Shown one piece after another: positions 21,187 through 31,590 of a DNA stretch of 64,000 bases (position 1 is the stretch's first letter; each line of letters begins with the position of its first letter). The stretch covers positions 18,811-82,810 of the forward strand of contig CAZIEY010000001.1 in the NCBI GenBank assembly GCA_964538855.1. Direction: 5' to 3'. The translations under genes were made by a program, and so were the position numbers. This DNA is from an uncultured Candidatus Saccharibacteria bacterium. Lineage in GTDB: Bacteria > Patescibacteriota > Minisyncoccia > Phycocordibacterales > JAACPR01. The notes below the pieces were generated by a model. It saw only the letters and a list, made by a program, of their open reading frames with translations, was not told the DNA's origin and did not search any database.

Positions 21187-22449
21187 ATGCAACACAGCGA
21201 ACACTACGATACTATTGTTATTGGAGGCGGAGCATCAGGAATGATGGCTGCTGGCGTTTTGGCTATGCGAGGCAAAAAAGTACTTATTTTGGAGAAGAAT
21301 CGCAAAATTGGAGAAAAACTCGGCATTACTGGCGGAGGACGTTGCAATATCACGAACGCAGAATACGACATCCACGCTATGCTCGATAATTACGGAGCAG
21401 CAAAACCTTTTCTCTATTCCCCATTTTCACAATTTGGCGTCGAAAGCACTTTCAAGTTTTTTGAAGAGCGGAAATTGCCAATTGTTGTAGAAGCTCGCAA
21501 ACGAGCTTTTCCAAAATCTCAAAAGGCTACCGATGTAGTTAAGGTGATGCACAAATTCGCAAGCGGGAAAGAAACCAAACCATTTGGAAATGTCACAATT
21601 AAAACTGGCCATCCCGTCACTAAAATGATGACCGCGGACGGAAAAATCAGCGGAGTCAAATCTCATCGCGAAACTTTTACCGCTGACACATATGTGTTGT
21701 CCGTTGGTGGTGCATCTCGACCTGAAACTGGTTCAACCGGAGATGGATTCAAGTGGCTTGCTGATATTGGGCACACAGTCAAAACTCCTAGTCCAAATAT
21801 TGTCCCACTCCGAGTCAGCGACAGATGGGTTCATAACTTATCTGGAACATCCCTCTCATTTATGAAAATTACTTTCTTTTGCGACGGCAAGCGCGAATTT
21901 TCAAAAGAAGGAAAAATTCTCTTCACACATTTCGGATTATCGAGCCCACTCATTTTGAATTCGGCACGCGAAGTTGGCGAGCTTTTGAAATCTGGCGTCG
22001 TCACCGCAACTATCGACTGTTATCCAGACACTGATATAGGTGCGCTTGATAAAAAGATTTTGAAAATATTTGATGAAAATAAAAATCGAGATTTTAAAAA
22101 TGTGCTCGCAGACATAACTCCTATTGGTTTATCTGAGGTATTAATCGACCTGAAAGTTATCGCAGATCCAAACATCAAGGTTCATAGTATCTCAAAAGAG
22201 GATCGCAAAAGGATTGCGCACATATTGAAAGCACTTCCTCTCACAGTTGATGGGCTTATGGGCATGGATCGTGCGGTCGTTTCTGACGGAGGCGTTATTC
22301 TAGAAGAAGTAGACACTAAAACAATGCGATCGAAAGTTTTTCCTAACCTCTTTTTTACTGGTGATATTTTAAATATTAACCGACCATCGGGCGGTTTTTC
22401 TCTCCAATTATGTTGGACCACTGGTTGGGTGGCGGGACACAACGCTTAA
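21187..22449 (+). CDS. FAD-dependent oxidoreductase, HI0933/YhiN (aminoacetone oxidase-like) family
   Basis: N-terminal GGGASG dinucleotide-binding motif plus HI0933-like blocks. Confidence 0.8.
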   Translation: MQHSEHYDTIVIGGGASGMMAAGVLAMRGKKVLILEKNRKIGEKLGITGGGRCNITNAEYDIHAMLDNYGAAKPFLYSPFSQFGVESTFKFFEERKLPIVVEARKRAFPKSQKATDVVKVMHKFASGKETKPFGNVTIKTGHPVTKMMTADGKISGVKSHRETFTADTYVLSVGGASRPETGSTGDGFKWLADIGHTVKTPSPNIVPLRVSDRWVHNLSGTSLSFMKITFFCDGKREFSKEGKILFTHFGLSSPLILNSAREVGELLKSGVVTATIDCYPDTDIGALDKKILKIFDENKNRDFKNVLADITPIGLSEVLIDLKVIADPNIKVHSISKEDRKRIAHILKALPLTVDGLMGMDRAVVSDGGVILEEVDTKTMRSKVFPNLFFTGDILNINRPSGGFSLQLCWTTGWVAGHNA

Positions 22450-23132
22450 TTGCGCCGTTCTTTCGTAAAGAGTTCTTCGGCCTTAATCAAATCTTCTGGA
22501 GTCGTAATTTGAAACCACGTCCGCGATTCGACAGCTTGAATAGACATTTCATTCCGCGCAGACAAAATAGTTTGAGGTAATCCAAACTCCTTATCTGAAA
22601 TAGGAACCATTTCGTAAGAAAAGATTATTGGTGTAAGTGTATACATTCCTGCGCATACAAACCCAGGACTATTACCAGTATTCTTTTCCTGGATTTCAAG
22701 AATACGACCATCACTATCAGTTACTACCTTGGCCCTACCTAACATCGCCGGTACCGAATACACCAAAATCGAAAAGTCATTTTTGCAACACGCTTCAATA
22801 TCTTCGCGAGTATATATATCGTCCCCCATCATAACAATAAAGCGCTCGTTCAGATGTTGTTGACACAGAAATAAAGCGTGTGCTGTACCTCGCAGTTCAT
22901 CCTGAACCACATAAGTAATTTTTCTACCACGATAATTATTCCCAATTGTATTAATGATTTTTTCCTTAAGATATCCAACAACAATAATTACTTCTGAAAT
23001 CGTATCTGGCAAAGAATCAAGTTTATATTCGAGCAAAGTTTTTCCGAGCACCGTAAGCATAGGCTTTGGCACATCTTCTGACAACAACCCCATACGTGTT
23101 CCACGACCAGCAGCGAGTATAACGGCTTTCAT
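22446..23132 (-). CDS. Sugar-phosphate nucleotidyltransferase (NTP_transferase domain)
   Basis: MKAVILAAGRGTRMG...KPMLTVLGK is the hallmark N-terminus of nucleotidyltransferases. Confidence 0.8.
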   Translation of the reverse strand: MKAVILAAGRGTRMGLLSEDVPKPMLTVLGKTLLEYKLDSLPDTISEVIIVVGYLKEKIINTIGNNYRGRKITYVVQDELRGTAHALFLCQQHLNERFIVMMGDDIYTREDIEACCKNDFSILVYSVPAMLGRAKVVTDSDGRILEIQEKNTGNSPGFVCAGMYTLTPIIFSYEMVPISDKEFGLPQTILSARNEMSIQAVESRTWFQITTPEDLIKAEELFTKERRN

Positions 23133-23223
23133 TTGAAAATCTTATCATACCTGAATAAAACTCCAATATAAGCTTACACATCAATGCGGATGGGCTTTCC
23201 CACATATTACACGTTATTCACGA

Positions 23224-23252
23224 TTGACAAAATGATTCAAATAGTATATACT
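23224..23252 (+). promoter_or_regulatory. Promoter TTGACA-17-TATACT with a ~95-nt 5' UTR of the cold-shock gene
   Basis: TTGACA at 23224-23229 and TATACT at 23247-23252. Confidence 0.5.
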
Positions 23253-23345
23253 CTACAAATCAAATAAACTTGAGTTAAAGTGCTTCACGCGTTTAATCTT
23301 TAGGTTCATATTTGAGATTTATTCACGTAGTATTAAAGCATAAAA

Positions 23346-23549
23346 ATGAAACAAGGAACAATTGTAAGAATTATGGATAAGGGTTACGGTTTTATCAAAA
23401 CTGACGGAATGGAAAAAGATCTTTTCTTCCACTCTAACGAATTACAAAACGCTCGATTCGACGACCTTAAAGAAGGTATGAAAGTTGAATTCGAAGTTGC
23501 TGACGGCCAAAAAGGTCCACAAGCTGTAAAAGTTACTGTCCTTAGCTAA
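23346..23549 (+). CDS. Cold-shock protein (CspA family)
   Basis: 67 aa. GYGFI and FFH RNA-binding motifs are present. Confidence 0.95.
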   Translation: MKQGTIVRIMDKGYGFIKTDGMEKDLFFHSNELQNARFDDLKEGMKVEFEVADGQKGPQAVKVTVLS

Positions 23550-23561
23550 CTCTACAAACAA

Positions 23562-23596
23562 GAAGCCGCTCGAAAGGGCGGTTTTTTGTTTGTCCT
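23562..23596 (+). terminator. Terminator after csp
   Basis: A short GC stem ccgc...gcgg followed by T6. Confidence 0.45.
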
Positions 23597-23673
23597 CATG
23601 AAAATACAAAAGCCCGCTGCGACGAACTTTTGTATTTGTTCGGCGAGGGCGGGCTTAAAGACTGAAATCATCG

Positions 23674-23934
23674 TCAGGGTTGGGTTCCTTCCGATTCCTC
23701 CAGATGTGCGTTGTTTGCTCGGCAAACTGCCGGGACATCAATTCGGGCGACAGTGATAATTTCCGACTGCATTGACGGCATTCGACTCAACCGCTTACCG
23801 TGTTCTTCGGCGAGCCTATCGCACGCTTCCCGGTCTTTCCCTTCGAAGGTTTTCACTTCGTAGAGTTGACTTTGCTCACCATGCCGCCTGTTGTCAAAAC
23901 GGTACTCGTATCTCACATTGTCATCGGTAGGCAT
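23674..23934 (-). CDS. Hypothetical 86-aa protein in a GC-elevated segment
   Basis: SD GGAGAA lies 6 nt before the ATG. A long imperfect terminator hairpin follows at 23600-23650. Confidence 0.45.
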   Translation of the reverse strand: MPTDDNVRYEYRFDNRRHGEQSQLYEVKTFEGKDREACDRLAEEHGKRLSRMPSMQSEIITVARIDVPAVCRANNAHLEESEGTQP

Positions 23935-24064
23935 CTGGACTTCTCCGTGAGGGGTTTAGTCATAACGACAGCCTAAGGTGCTGTTCAAATGTACAATAAC
24001 ACTTTGTGTATCAAATGTAAATAATTCCCATATTTTGACTACTTCAACCAACAAATTTTGTATT

Positions 24065-24754
24065 TTATTTTTTCAACACCTGCTCCCTATCAAACAACCC
24101 ATCCGACAAATGCACGATCCGGTCCGTCTCCAAACCATACTCTTCTTCGTGCGTCACCATGATAATAGTCTGACCTTTTTTATTGAGTTCCTTCAAAACA
24201 TCGATCACTTTCCGAGCAGATTCCGCATCCAAGTTTGCAGTCGGCTCGTCGGAGAAAAGAATTTTTGGATTATGAGCAATTGCACGGACAATAGAAACAC
24301 GTTGTTGTTCACCGCCAGACATTTGGCTCGGTAAATTATATATTTGATGACCAAGACCCAATTCGTGCAATAATTTTTCAACACGGGCATACGCTTCTTT
24401 TTGCGGAACACCTTGCATCAAAAGAGGAATCGAAGCATTCTCAAGCGCGGTCAATTCTGGCATCAACGCATAATCCTGAAACACATACCCCATTTGGCTG
24501 AGGCGGAATTTTGTTTTTTCATCGCTCGATAATTTTAAAACATCACGGCCCTCAATATTAATTTCACCCGCGCTCGGATCATCGAGAAGACTTAATTGGT
24601 ACAAAAGTGTACTCTTACCTGCACCAGATCGACCCATAATAGAAAGAAATTCACCCTCCCGTACATTCAAATCAATACCCTTAAGTACATGTGTAACAAG
24701 CTCCCCATTTTGAAAACTTTTTTTAATATTTTTTGCTTGAATAATGTAGTTCAT
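24065..24754 (-). CDS. ABC transporter ATP-binding protein (MacB/LolD/FtsE-like)
   Basis: Walker A GRSGAGKST and the ABC signature LSGGEQQR. Confidence 0.9.
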   Translation of the reverse strand: MNYIIQAKNIKKSFQNGELVTHVLKGIDLNVREGEFLSIMGRSGAGKSTLLYQLSLLDDPSAGEINIEGRDVLKLSSDEKTKFRLSQMGYVFQDYALMPELTALENASIPLLMQGVPQKEAYARVEKLLHELGLGHQIYNLPSQMSGGEQQRVSIVRAIAHNPKILFSDEPTANLDAESARKVIDVLKELNKKGQTIIMVTHEEEYGLETDRIVHLSDGLFDREQVLKK

Positions 24755-24778
24755 AATTTTGTGTTTATGCCGCGGTTT

Positions 24779-26038
24779 TTATTCTCTTCCCAAAATAGAA
24801 TTGAGGGTATTTTTCTTTACTACGATGCGCGCTGGAATATATCCAGCGATTACTGTCGTCAAAATTAAAAGCGCAATTCGAATCGATGTGCCGATTGCCG
24901 GTGCCACCAGAATTCCATCGCTGAACGGAAAATCTATCGGGTGATTCTGGAAAAAAGGCACAAGTAACCCATACACCAAAAATATTCCTATAGTCGATCC
25001 GAGAAGCGCATAGATGAGTGACTGAAATACATATGACATTTCGATTGCAATTGCACTAACACCAATCCCCTTCATGATGCCGATATATTTTCGACGTGTA
25101 ATCGCGTTAATAAAGATCACGATAAAAATAGTGATAGAAGCCACAACAAGACCAATCGAGCTAATAATATTGCCGAGAAGCGCGAATGTATTTTTAATAT
25201 CAAGTAAAAACTTCGGCTGAGCATCTTCATATGTCTGAATCTTGCCGTCATTTTCAAATCCATTTTCTTGTAAGGTGGCTTTAACCGCAGTCGGACTCAC
25301 GTTTTGATCAAGTGACACTGCGATTTCAGAATAATTCGAATCGCTGCGCGATATCATAGAACGCAATTGGGAATCAACCATAAAAATACGTCGATCGACT
25401 TCATCAACTTTACCCTTTAAGATTCCTTTCACTCGAACTTCACGGGTAGTGTCTCCGATTTTAAGTCGAATGCGCGTACCGATTTCCACGTCATCGAGCA
25501 AAGCAAACCCCGGCGACTCAATCGGCAAATATTTTCGCAACAGAGAGGCTCCGACAAGAACCTCATCGAAATCAGTTCGCTCCAAATACACACCTTCCAC
25601 AATCAATTTTGATAGACCAGTAACAGTGTCTTCTTTAGCTGGATCAATACCGGCGATAATGGTGCCAACCACCTCTGGATCGGTTGTAAAATCAATACGA
25701 TCTTTGTAATTCGATTCGACACTACCGCTCGTCATATAACGCGGGCTCACATTTTTAACACCTTCTATCATCGCCAAATTAGAGACAATATTCTGACTGT
25801 TTTCAATATAAGCCTTATCTTTGTGATTTGAAATAAATAAATCGCCTGTATGATACGTACGAATTGCATACACAGAACCTTCGATCAGACCAACCAAAAG
25901 CCCCGACACCACGACAAGGTTCAGGAATGTGAGCACCATAATTGTGACAATTAATGCATTCGACCAAATCGAAGCACGTTTTAATTGCCTTATCGCCAGA
26001 AACCATCCGATTTTTATGACATTTACATCAAACCACAT
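24779..26038 (-). CDS. ABC transporter permease, FtsX/MacB-like
   Basis: 419 aa. N-terminal transmembrane segment, a large extracytoplasmic domain and C-terminal FtsX-like transmembrane helices. Confidence 0.8.
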   Translation of the reverse strand: MWFDVNVIKIGWFLAIRQLKRASIWSNALIVTIMVLTFLNLVVVSGLLVGLIEGSVYAIRTYHTGDLFISNHKDKAYIENSQNIVSNLAMIEGVKNVSPRYMTSGSVESNYKDRIDFTTDPEVVGTIIAGIDPAKEDTVTGLSKLIVEGVYLERTDFDEVLVGASLLRKYLPIESPGFALLDDVEIGTRIRLKIGDTTREVRVKGILKGKVDEVDRRIFMVDSQLRSMISRSDSNYSEIAVSLDQNVSPTAVKATLQENGFENDGKIQTYEDAQPKFLLDIKNTFALLGNIISSIGLVVASITIFIVIFINAITRRKYIGIMKGIGVSAIAIEMSYVFQSLIYALLGSTIGIFLVYGLLVPFFQNHPIDFPFSDGILVAPAIGTSIRIALLILTTVIAGYIPARIVVKKNTLNSILGRE

Positions 26039-26039
26039 A

Positions 26040-27479
26040 TTATTTTTCTAGCGCAATAATTTCGCCAATTGAAACCCCGGATTCGATGATAATAGACCCT
26101 TTACCATCTTTTTCACCTACAACCACTGCACGCTTTTCCAGACCCTTGCCTTTTTTCACATTCACAAATGTTTCACCGCCCTCCGATAGAACAAATTGAT
26201 TTGGCACAACAATCACATCGCTCATTTTATTTTTCACAATTTCAATATCCGCGGTCATACCAGGTTTCAAATCTTGATTCAGAGATGTAAAGTCAATAAG
26301 TGTTCGGTATGTGGTAATTCCTTCTTTTTCGGTTTCGCGAGGATCGATATGTGAAATAACTACATCAAAAGCACGATCTTCACCGAAAGCATCGAGATTT
26401 GCGGAGCCGTTATTACCAACCCGAATTCCTACAATACGGACCTCTGGAATAAAAGTTTCGATCTCAAGCCCAATTTCTCCCATCACTGAAATCACCTCAT
26501 CGCCAGATGTTGCAATTTCCCCTTTTTCAATATCGACACGTGTGACAATCCCATCAAATGGTGCCCTGATAATGTATTTCTCGTTTCGAGATGCAACCTT
26601 GTAAAGAGTCGATTGAGCATTTTGTACCTTGGCCTGTTGTACGGGAATTTCGGATTCAACACCGCGCACAGATTCAGCAGTTTGATTAATTTCGACAATT
26701 AAACCAGCAATTGTATTTCGAGCCTGGCTAATCATAGAAATGTATGCATCAATTTGAGCTTGGGTTACATCACCACTCGGAGAAAACTTGGCTGTGCCGG
26801 AAGAAATAGTAGCCAATAAACTCTCTACTATTTTTAAATTCTGAATGCTGTAATTCACATCAGCAGAAGTCACAGTTGCGGAAGAAAGTTTATTATTTTT
26901 TTCAAGCCATGCTTCAAAAACACTTTGAAGTGCGTAACGCTGTTTATTTATGTCTTGTCGTAAAAAATAATCACCGAGTGTACTATCTATTTCTGGAAAT
27001 CGATTATTTGGCTTTTCAAAAAAAGTATCAACTTTATTACGAACAACGTCATCGGCTACCACATACGATTTCTTCAAGGTGCTGAGCAATTCTTCGCGGT
27101 TATTATCTAATTTATTATTCAACCCACCAATCAAACTTTCTAAAGTTGATTTTTCGCTATTGAGTGTCGCCGAATATTCACCAATTTCGTTTGAAATTTC
27201 AGACGTGACGAGGCCAGCTAAAATATCCCCTTTTTTAACTTGGTCACCTGGTGCGACAAGTACAGTCGCAACTTCACCTGTTACTTCAAACGACAAGTTG
27301 GTTTCGAGCTTTGGAACAACTTTTCCAGAGATGACAACTGTTTTAGTAAAATCACCTCGATTAATTTCATGAACAACATAATCTGGACCTTTGAACAAAT
27401 TAAAGGCATACAAACAAATTACGACAACTGCAACCGCCCCGAGCACAATTTTCTTTTTTGTATTAAATATTTTTTTCAT
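26040..27479 (-). CDS. HlyD/MacA-family periplasmic adaptor (membrane fusion protein)
   Basis: Biotinyl/lipoyl-like hairpin blocks (GDQVKKGDILAGL) and a coiled coil. The start is moved to the ATG at 27479 (MKKIFNTKKK), which overlaps the upstream small ORF's stop by ATGA. Confidence 0.75.
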   Translation of the reverse strand: MKKIFNTKKKIVLGAVAVVVICLYAFNLFKGPDYVVHEINRGDFTKTVVISGKVVPKLETNLSFEVTGEVATVLVAPGDQVKKGDILAGLVTSEISNEIGEYSATLNSEKSTLESLIGGLNNKLDNNREELLSTLKKSYVVADDVVRNKVDTFFEKPNNRFPEIDSTLGDYFLRQDINKQRYALQSVFEAWLEKNNKLSSATVTSADVNYSIQNLKIVESLLATISSGTAKFSPSGDVTQAQIDAYISMISQARNTIAGLIVEINQTAESVRGVESEIPVQQAKVQNAQSTLYKVASRNEKYIIRAPFDGIVTRVDIEKGEIATSGDEVISVMGEIGLEIETFIPEVRIVGIRVGNNGSANLDAFGEDRAFDVVISHIDPRETEKEGITTYRTLIDFTSLNQDLKPGMTADIEIVKNKMSDVIVVPNQFVLSEGGETFVNVKKGKGLEKRAVVVGEKDGKGSIIIESGVSIGEIIALEK

Positions 27480-27706
27480 TTGTTTATTGTTGTTCCTGTA
27501 CCACTCGTCCAAATAATGCGATTTTTCCATAATTGATAAACCGACAATAGGAAGACGATGGCTATAACTGAGACTGTGATCGTTCCGACCGGACCGAGCA
27601 ATACCGCAATTACCAGCAACTCCTTATTCAAAATTAATAGTAAAGAACCCAAAATTGCGGCAACAACAGCCCATATCACATAAAAAAACTTTTTCATGTG
27701 TGTCAT
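27476..27706 (-). CDS. Small two-transmembrane-segment protein, translationally coupled between ackA and the HlyD gene
   Basis: 76 aa, hydrophobic. Its start overlaps ackA's stop by 1 nt. Its stop overlaps the HlyD start (ATGA). Confidence 0.45.
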   Translation of the reverse strand: MTHMKKFFYVIWAVVAAILGSLLLILNKELLVIAVLLGPVGTITVSVIAIVFLLSVYQLWKNRIIWTSGTGTTINK

Positions 27707-28887
27707 TATAACATTTCAATAGCTCTTCGCGCCATCTCGCCCATTTCGTCAGTTTCGATAATCTCAACGGAAATATCGCTCTTTGGTTCGTTAATGAACG
27801 CAAAACCATTCACATCATTTTGATTTAATTTCGCATCAAGCTTTACTCCGATCGCAGACAGACCCGCGCAAATTTTTGCACGCATTGGATGAGATCGTTC
27901 ACCAATTGTTCCCGTAAAAACAAGCAGATCGAGCCCGCCAAGAAGCATGAAGAAAGCCCCGATGTATTTTTGAATATGGTACGCGTAATTGTCGAGTGCA
28001 AGCGCCGAATCATGATCTCCGTGCGCCACATTATCGAGAAGCACACGCACATCGTCCGAGCTGTTGCTGATACCCTTGATACCACATTCGTAATACACAA
28101 AATCACGGATTTCTTTCACATTGAAATGCTCCAAATCTGTGATAGCGAGAAGTGCACCGGCGTCGATATCACCGACACGTGTCGACATAGTCAATCCTTC
28201 GAGGGGCGAATATCCCATTGTGGTGTCCAAACTTTGGCCGTTTTTGAGAGCAGTAATACTTGAACCGCCACCGAGATGGCACACAATGACACGAGACGGG
28301 ACTTTTCCGACTCGCTCCTTTATTTTATGCACCACCGAAGCGATTGAAATGCCGTGATATCCAAATCGATAGATATCGAATTCTTCGCGTACTTTTTTAG
28401 GAATGGCATAGATGCGCGCATATTCAGGAATCGTCTTGTGGAAACGACTATCAGAAATCGCGACGATACGGACGTCTGGCAAGCGCTTGTGGACTTGGTC
28501 AAATTCAGCCTTCATTTTATCAATGTGAAGTGGAGTTTGTTCATGAGCAATTTCGAGATTTTTCACAAATTCGCGATCAATGACACGATCGAATGTAAAG
28601 TAAGTTCCCGGCGCCACAACACGAAACACCGCAGCTTTAATATCGCTTTCTCGCATGACTTGTTTCTGAGTCACCATCAAATTAACTGCATGATCAAAAG
28701 CGTGCGCGTATTCGTTATCAGAAACTTTTGTTGTGCGTGCAACAGACTCACCCAGCTTTTCGTGAAGTTCGAACCCTTGCTCTGTTTTTTCATAATGAAA
28801 GGTAGCGATTTTTTTATCGCCTTCGTACAGCGCATATTTTTTCGACATACTACCACTGTTGATGATAATTATCTTTTCCATGTCCAT
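27706..28887 (-). CDS. ackA: Acetate (propionate/butyrate-family) kinase
   Basis: N-terminal IIINSGSMSKKYALY and HLGGGSSITA...EGLTMSTRVGDID blocks match ASKHA acetate kinases. Confidence 0.85.
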   Translation of the reverse strand: MDMEKIIIINSGSMSKKYALYEGDKKIATFHYEKTEQGFELHEKLGESVARTTKVSDNEYAHAFDHAVNLMVTQKQVMRESDIKAAVFRVVAPGTYFTFDRVIDREFVKNLEIAHEQTPLHIDKMKAEFDQVHKRLPDVRIVAISDSRFHKTIPEYARIYAIPKKVREEFDIYRFGYHGISIASVVHKIKERVGKVPSRVIVCHLGGGSSITALKNGQSLDTTMGYSPLEGLTMSTRVGDIDAGALLAITDLEHFNVKEIRDFVYYECGIKGISNSSDDVRVLLDNVAHGDHDSALALDNYAYHIQKYIGAFFMLLGGLDLLVFTGTIGERSHPMRAKICAGLSAIGVKLDAKLNQNDVNGFAFINEPKSDISVEIIETDEMGEMARRAIEML

Positions 28888-31241
28888 TCGTCGATTTCTT
28901 CCGGATCGACTCCGTTAACTTTGATAAACTCTCGATGTGCGACTAATTTCTGTTCGTATTTTGCGATGAGTGCAGCTGAAACTTTTTGATCAATCGTTTT
29001 GTGTTCGAGAAGCATTTTTGCAGCTTGAATTAACAAATCGTAACGGCTGGTGTGATTTCGCACATACATATCGAATGGTGTTGTTGTCGAACCGGATTCC
29101 TCGTAACCGTGCACAGAGAAACGAGATGGATGTTCTGCGTAATCAAACAAAATTTGTTTAATAGTTTGAGGATATCCGTGATAATTGATGATCACAGGTT
29201 TATCTTCTGTGAAATAATTTTTGAAATCGTTGTGACCAAGCACATTTCCACCCGAACCAAATCCCGACCATGACAAAGTCGTCACATTTACAAATCGACT
29301 ACGAACTTTTGGTAATTCTGTTTTAAGCAAATCGAGCGCGGCAAGTGCTTCTTTTGTCATATAATCTCCAATACCAACAAATACAATATCTGGTTTATCT
29401 TCGCTCGCAAATTTCCAGATTGCGAGACCTTCGTCAAGAGTTTTTTTGGCGAAATCAGTTGTGACCCAGCGAGGTTCCTGAGTTTTACCGGCGCAAATTA
29501 CATTGATTTGATTGTGTGACGAAAGTGTTTTTTCCAAAATAGCAAGCGTCGTGTTCCCGTCAGAAGGAAAATACACGTTGATGAAGTCACCTTCGCGTTG
29601 CAACATGTCATCCAAAAATCCTGGATTTTGATGAGAAAATCCGTTGTGTTCCTGACGCCAACCAGATGACGTCAAAATGTAGTTAAAAGAAGGCACAATT
29701 CCCCGCCACGAAATTTCCCGGGCCTGCTTCAGAAATTTCGCATATTGATCAGCCATGCTCGCCACAATTTGAATGAAAGCTTCGTACGAAGCAAACACAC
29801 CATGGCGTCCAGTCAATACGTAACCCTGCATTAAACCTTGTAACGAGTGTTCGCTAAGCATCTCCATAGAACGCCCGTTTGTTGCAATATCATTGTCCCA
29901 CTTTTCGAGAGGCCACATGAAAGCGCGCTTTGTCGTCTCGAAAATTTTATCGAGCTTGTTTGAATATGTTTCATCAGGTGAAAAAAATCTGAAGTTTTTA
30001 TTTTTCGCATTCAATTTGAATACGTCGTTCAGATAAGCACCTGCGCGAATCATTGAACTTGAGCCAATAGTACCTGGAACAAGCGCGTTTTCCTCGTGTT
30101 TTTCGAGCGCCGGTAATTCGAGAGGCTTCATAACGTCGGGTCCTCCGCGTGCATGTTTTGTTGCCCCCATCAAGTATCTGTCCTCTGGCAAGACAGACAA
30201 AATTTCCGCGATAAAGCCGTTTTTCCCGTCAAAAAGTTCTTCGAATTTATACGATTGTAGCCATTTCTCGAGAGCACGGCGTTCAATCGCATCAATGCGG
30301 GCTTCTTTGAGAGGGACCTGATGTGAATAATGATTTCCCTCCATTTTTTTACCGGCGACTTCTTTGACACCAGTCCATCCTTTTGGAGTGCGCAATACAA
30401 TCATCGGGAATCGGGGTTTTGTTGGACTACCAGTTTTGCTTTTTCGAGCAGTTGTTTGAATTGCACGAATTTCAGCATAGCAATTTTCGAGCGTCTCTTG
30501 CATTAATTTATAGATTCGGTCTTCGTCTTCTGGAGAACCATCAGTTTCGACAAAATGGGGTCTATATCCATAACCAGTAAAAAGATGAGTCAATTCCGTA
30601 TCATCCATACGAGCAAGCATTGTCGGGTTCGAAATTTTGTAACCATTCAAGTGCAAAATTGGTAAAACCGCGCCGTTTTCTGCCGGATCAACTAATTTAT
30701 TTAAGTGCCATGCCGTTGCGATTGGACCAGTTTCTGCTTCACCATCACCAATCATACAAGCAACAATCAAATCGGGATTATCGAGCACCGCTCCATACGA
30801 TGTAGAGAGAGAGTAGCCGAGTTCACCACCTTCCAAAATCACACCCGGAGCGGCTGGGCTCGAGTGGCTTGGATATCCATAAGGCCAACTGAATTTGTTC
30901 GCGATTTCTCTGATACCAGCATGAGTGCGTTGTGCCTGAGGATAAAATTTACCGAGAGTTCCTTCCAAAAAGAGGTTTGATTGAATAGCCGGAAAACCAT
31001 GACCAGGACCAAGCACAAACATCATATCAATTTTATGCTTCTTGATAAGATAGTTAAGATGTGCGTACACAAAGTTTATACCCGGACAAGTTCCCCAGTG
31101 ACCAAGTAAACGTTTTTTGATGTCATTCGACAATAAAGGTTTCTCTAGTAAGTAATTATCTTGTAAGAAAATTTGAATTGCGCTCAAGTAATTTGTTGCC
31201 CGGACGTACTTTTTAATGTTCTCTATATTTTTATCAATCAT
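28869..31241 (-). CDS. xfp: Xylulose-5-phosphate/fructose-6-phosphate phosphoketolase
   Basis: 790 aa. GHWGTCPG, EGGELGYS and GDGEAETGP thiamine-diphosphate phosphoketolase signature blocks. Confidence 0.93.
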   Translation of the reverse strand: MIDKNIENIKKYVRATNYLSAIQIFLQDNYLLEKPLLSNDIKKRLLGHWGTCPGINFVYAHLNYLIKKHKIDMMFVLGPGHGFPAIQSNLFLEGTLGKFYPQAQRTHAGIREIANKFSWPYGYPSHSSPAAPGVILEGGELGYSLSTSYGAVLDNPDLIVACMIGDGEAETGPIATAWHLNKLVDPAENGAVLPILHLNGYKISNPTMLARMDDTELTHLFTGYGYRPHFVETDGSPEDEDRIYKLMQETLENCYAEIRAIQTTARKSKTGSPTKPRFPMIVLRTPKGWTGVKEVAGKKMEGNHYSHQVPLKEARIDAIERRALEKWLQSYKFEELFDGKNGFIAEILSVLPEDRYLMGATKHARGGPDVMKPLELPALEKHEENALVPGTIGSSSMIRAGAYLNDVFKLNAKNKNFRFFSPDETYSNKLDKIFETTKRAFMWPLEKWDNDIATNGRSMEMLSEHSLQGLMQGYVLTGRHGVFASYEAFIQIVASMADQYAKFLKQAREISWRGIVPSFNYILTSSGWRQEHNGFSHQNPGFLDDMLQREGDFINVYFPSDGNTTLAILEKTLSSHNQINVICAGKTQEPRWVTTDFAKKTLDEGLAIWKFASEDKPDIVFVGIGDYMTKEALAALDLLKTELPKVRSRFVNVTTLSWSGFGSGGNVLGHNDFKNYFTEDKPVIINYHGYPQTIKQILFDYAEHPSRFSVHGYEESGSTTTPFDMYVRNHTSRYDLLIQAAKMLLEHKTIDQKVSAALIAKYEQKLVAHREFIKVNGVDPEEIDEWTWKR

Positions 31242-31590
31242 TTGGTCTTATTCTATCAAATATAAGCGAAACAAAGTCCAGTTTTCCCTACTTAGACAAT
31301 CAATTTGAAACTGTGAGACGTTTTAAAGTACGCCACAATTTTCTGCCAGCGAGATTTCCGAAGACCGAGGCGATTATTTCTATTTTGAAGATCTCTGAAC
31401 ATGTTTTTGTGAATTATTTTATTAATGATGAAATTCGATATTCGTACCCTTATTATATTCACAGGCTTTTCTTTGTCAAGTTTTCTAGTTTTATATGTAT
31501 GTGGATAACTCCTTTACAAATTCTAGAAAAGTACTACTATAAAGCTTAACCAAGGGGGTAGGAATAGAGATTAATTATTAAACACACACT

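Noticed and set aside
31313-31549. 78-aa ORF in the 350-bp lexA/xfp intergenic region
   Set aside because: AT-rich, no SD, and an implausible sequence. The region is more likely to hold divergent promoters and operators. No convincing LexA-box palindrome could be identified by eye (an imperfect AAAC-N8-GTTT was noted at about 31296-31311).
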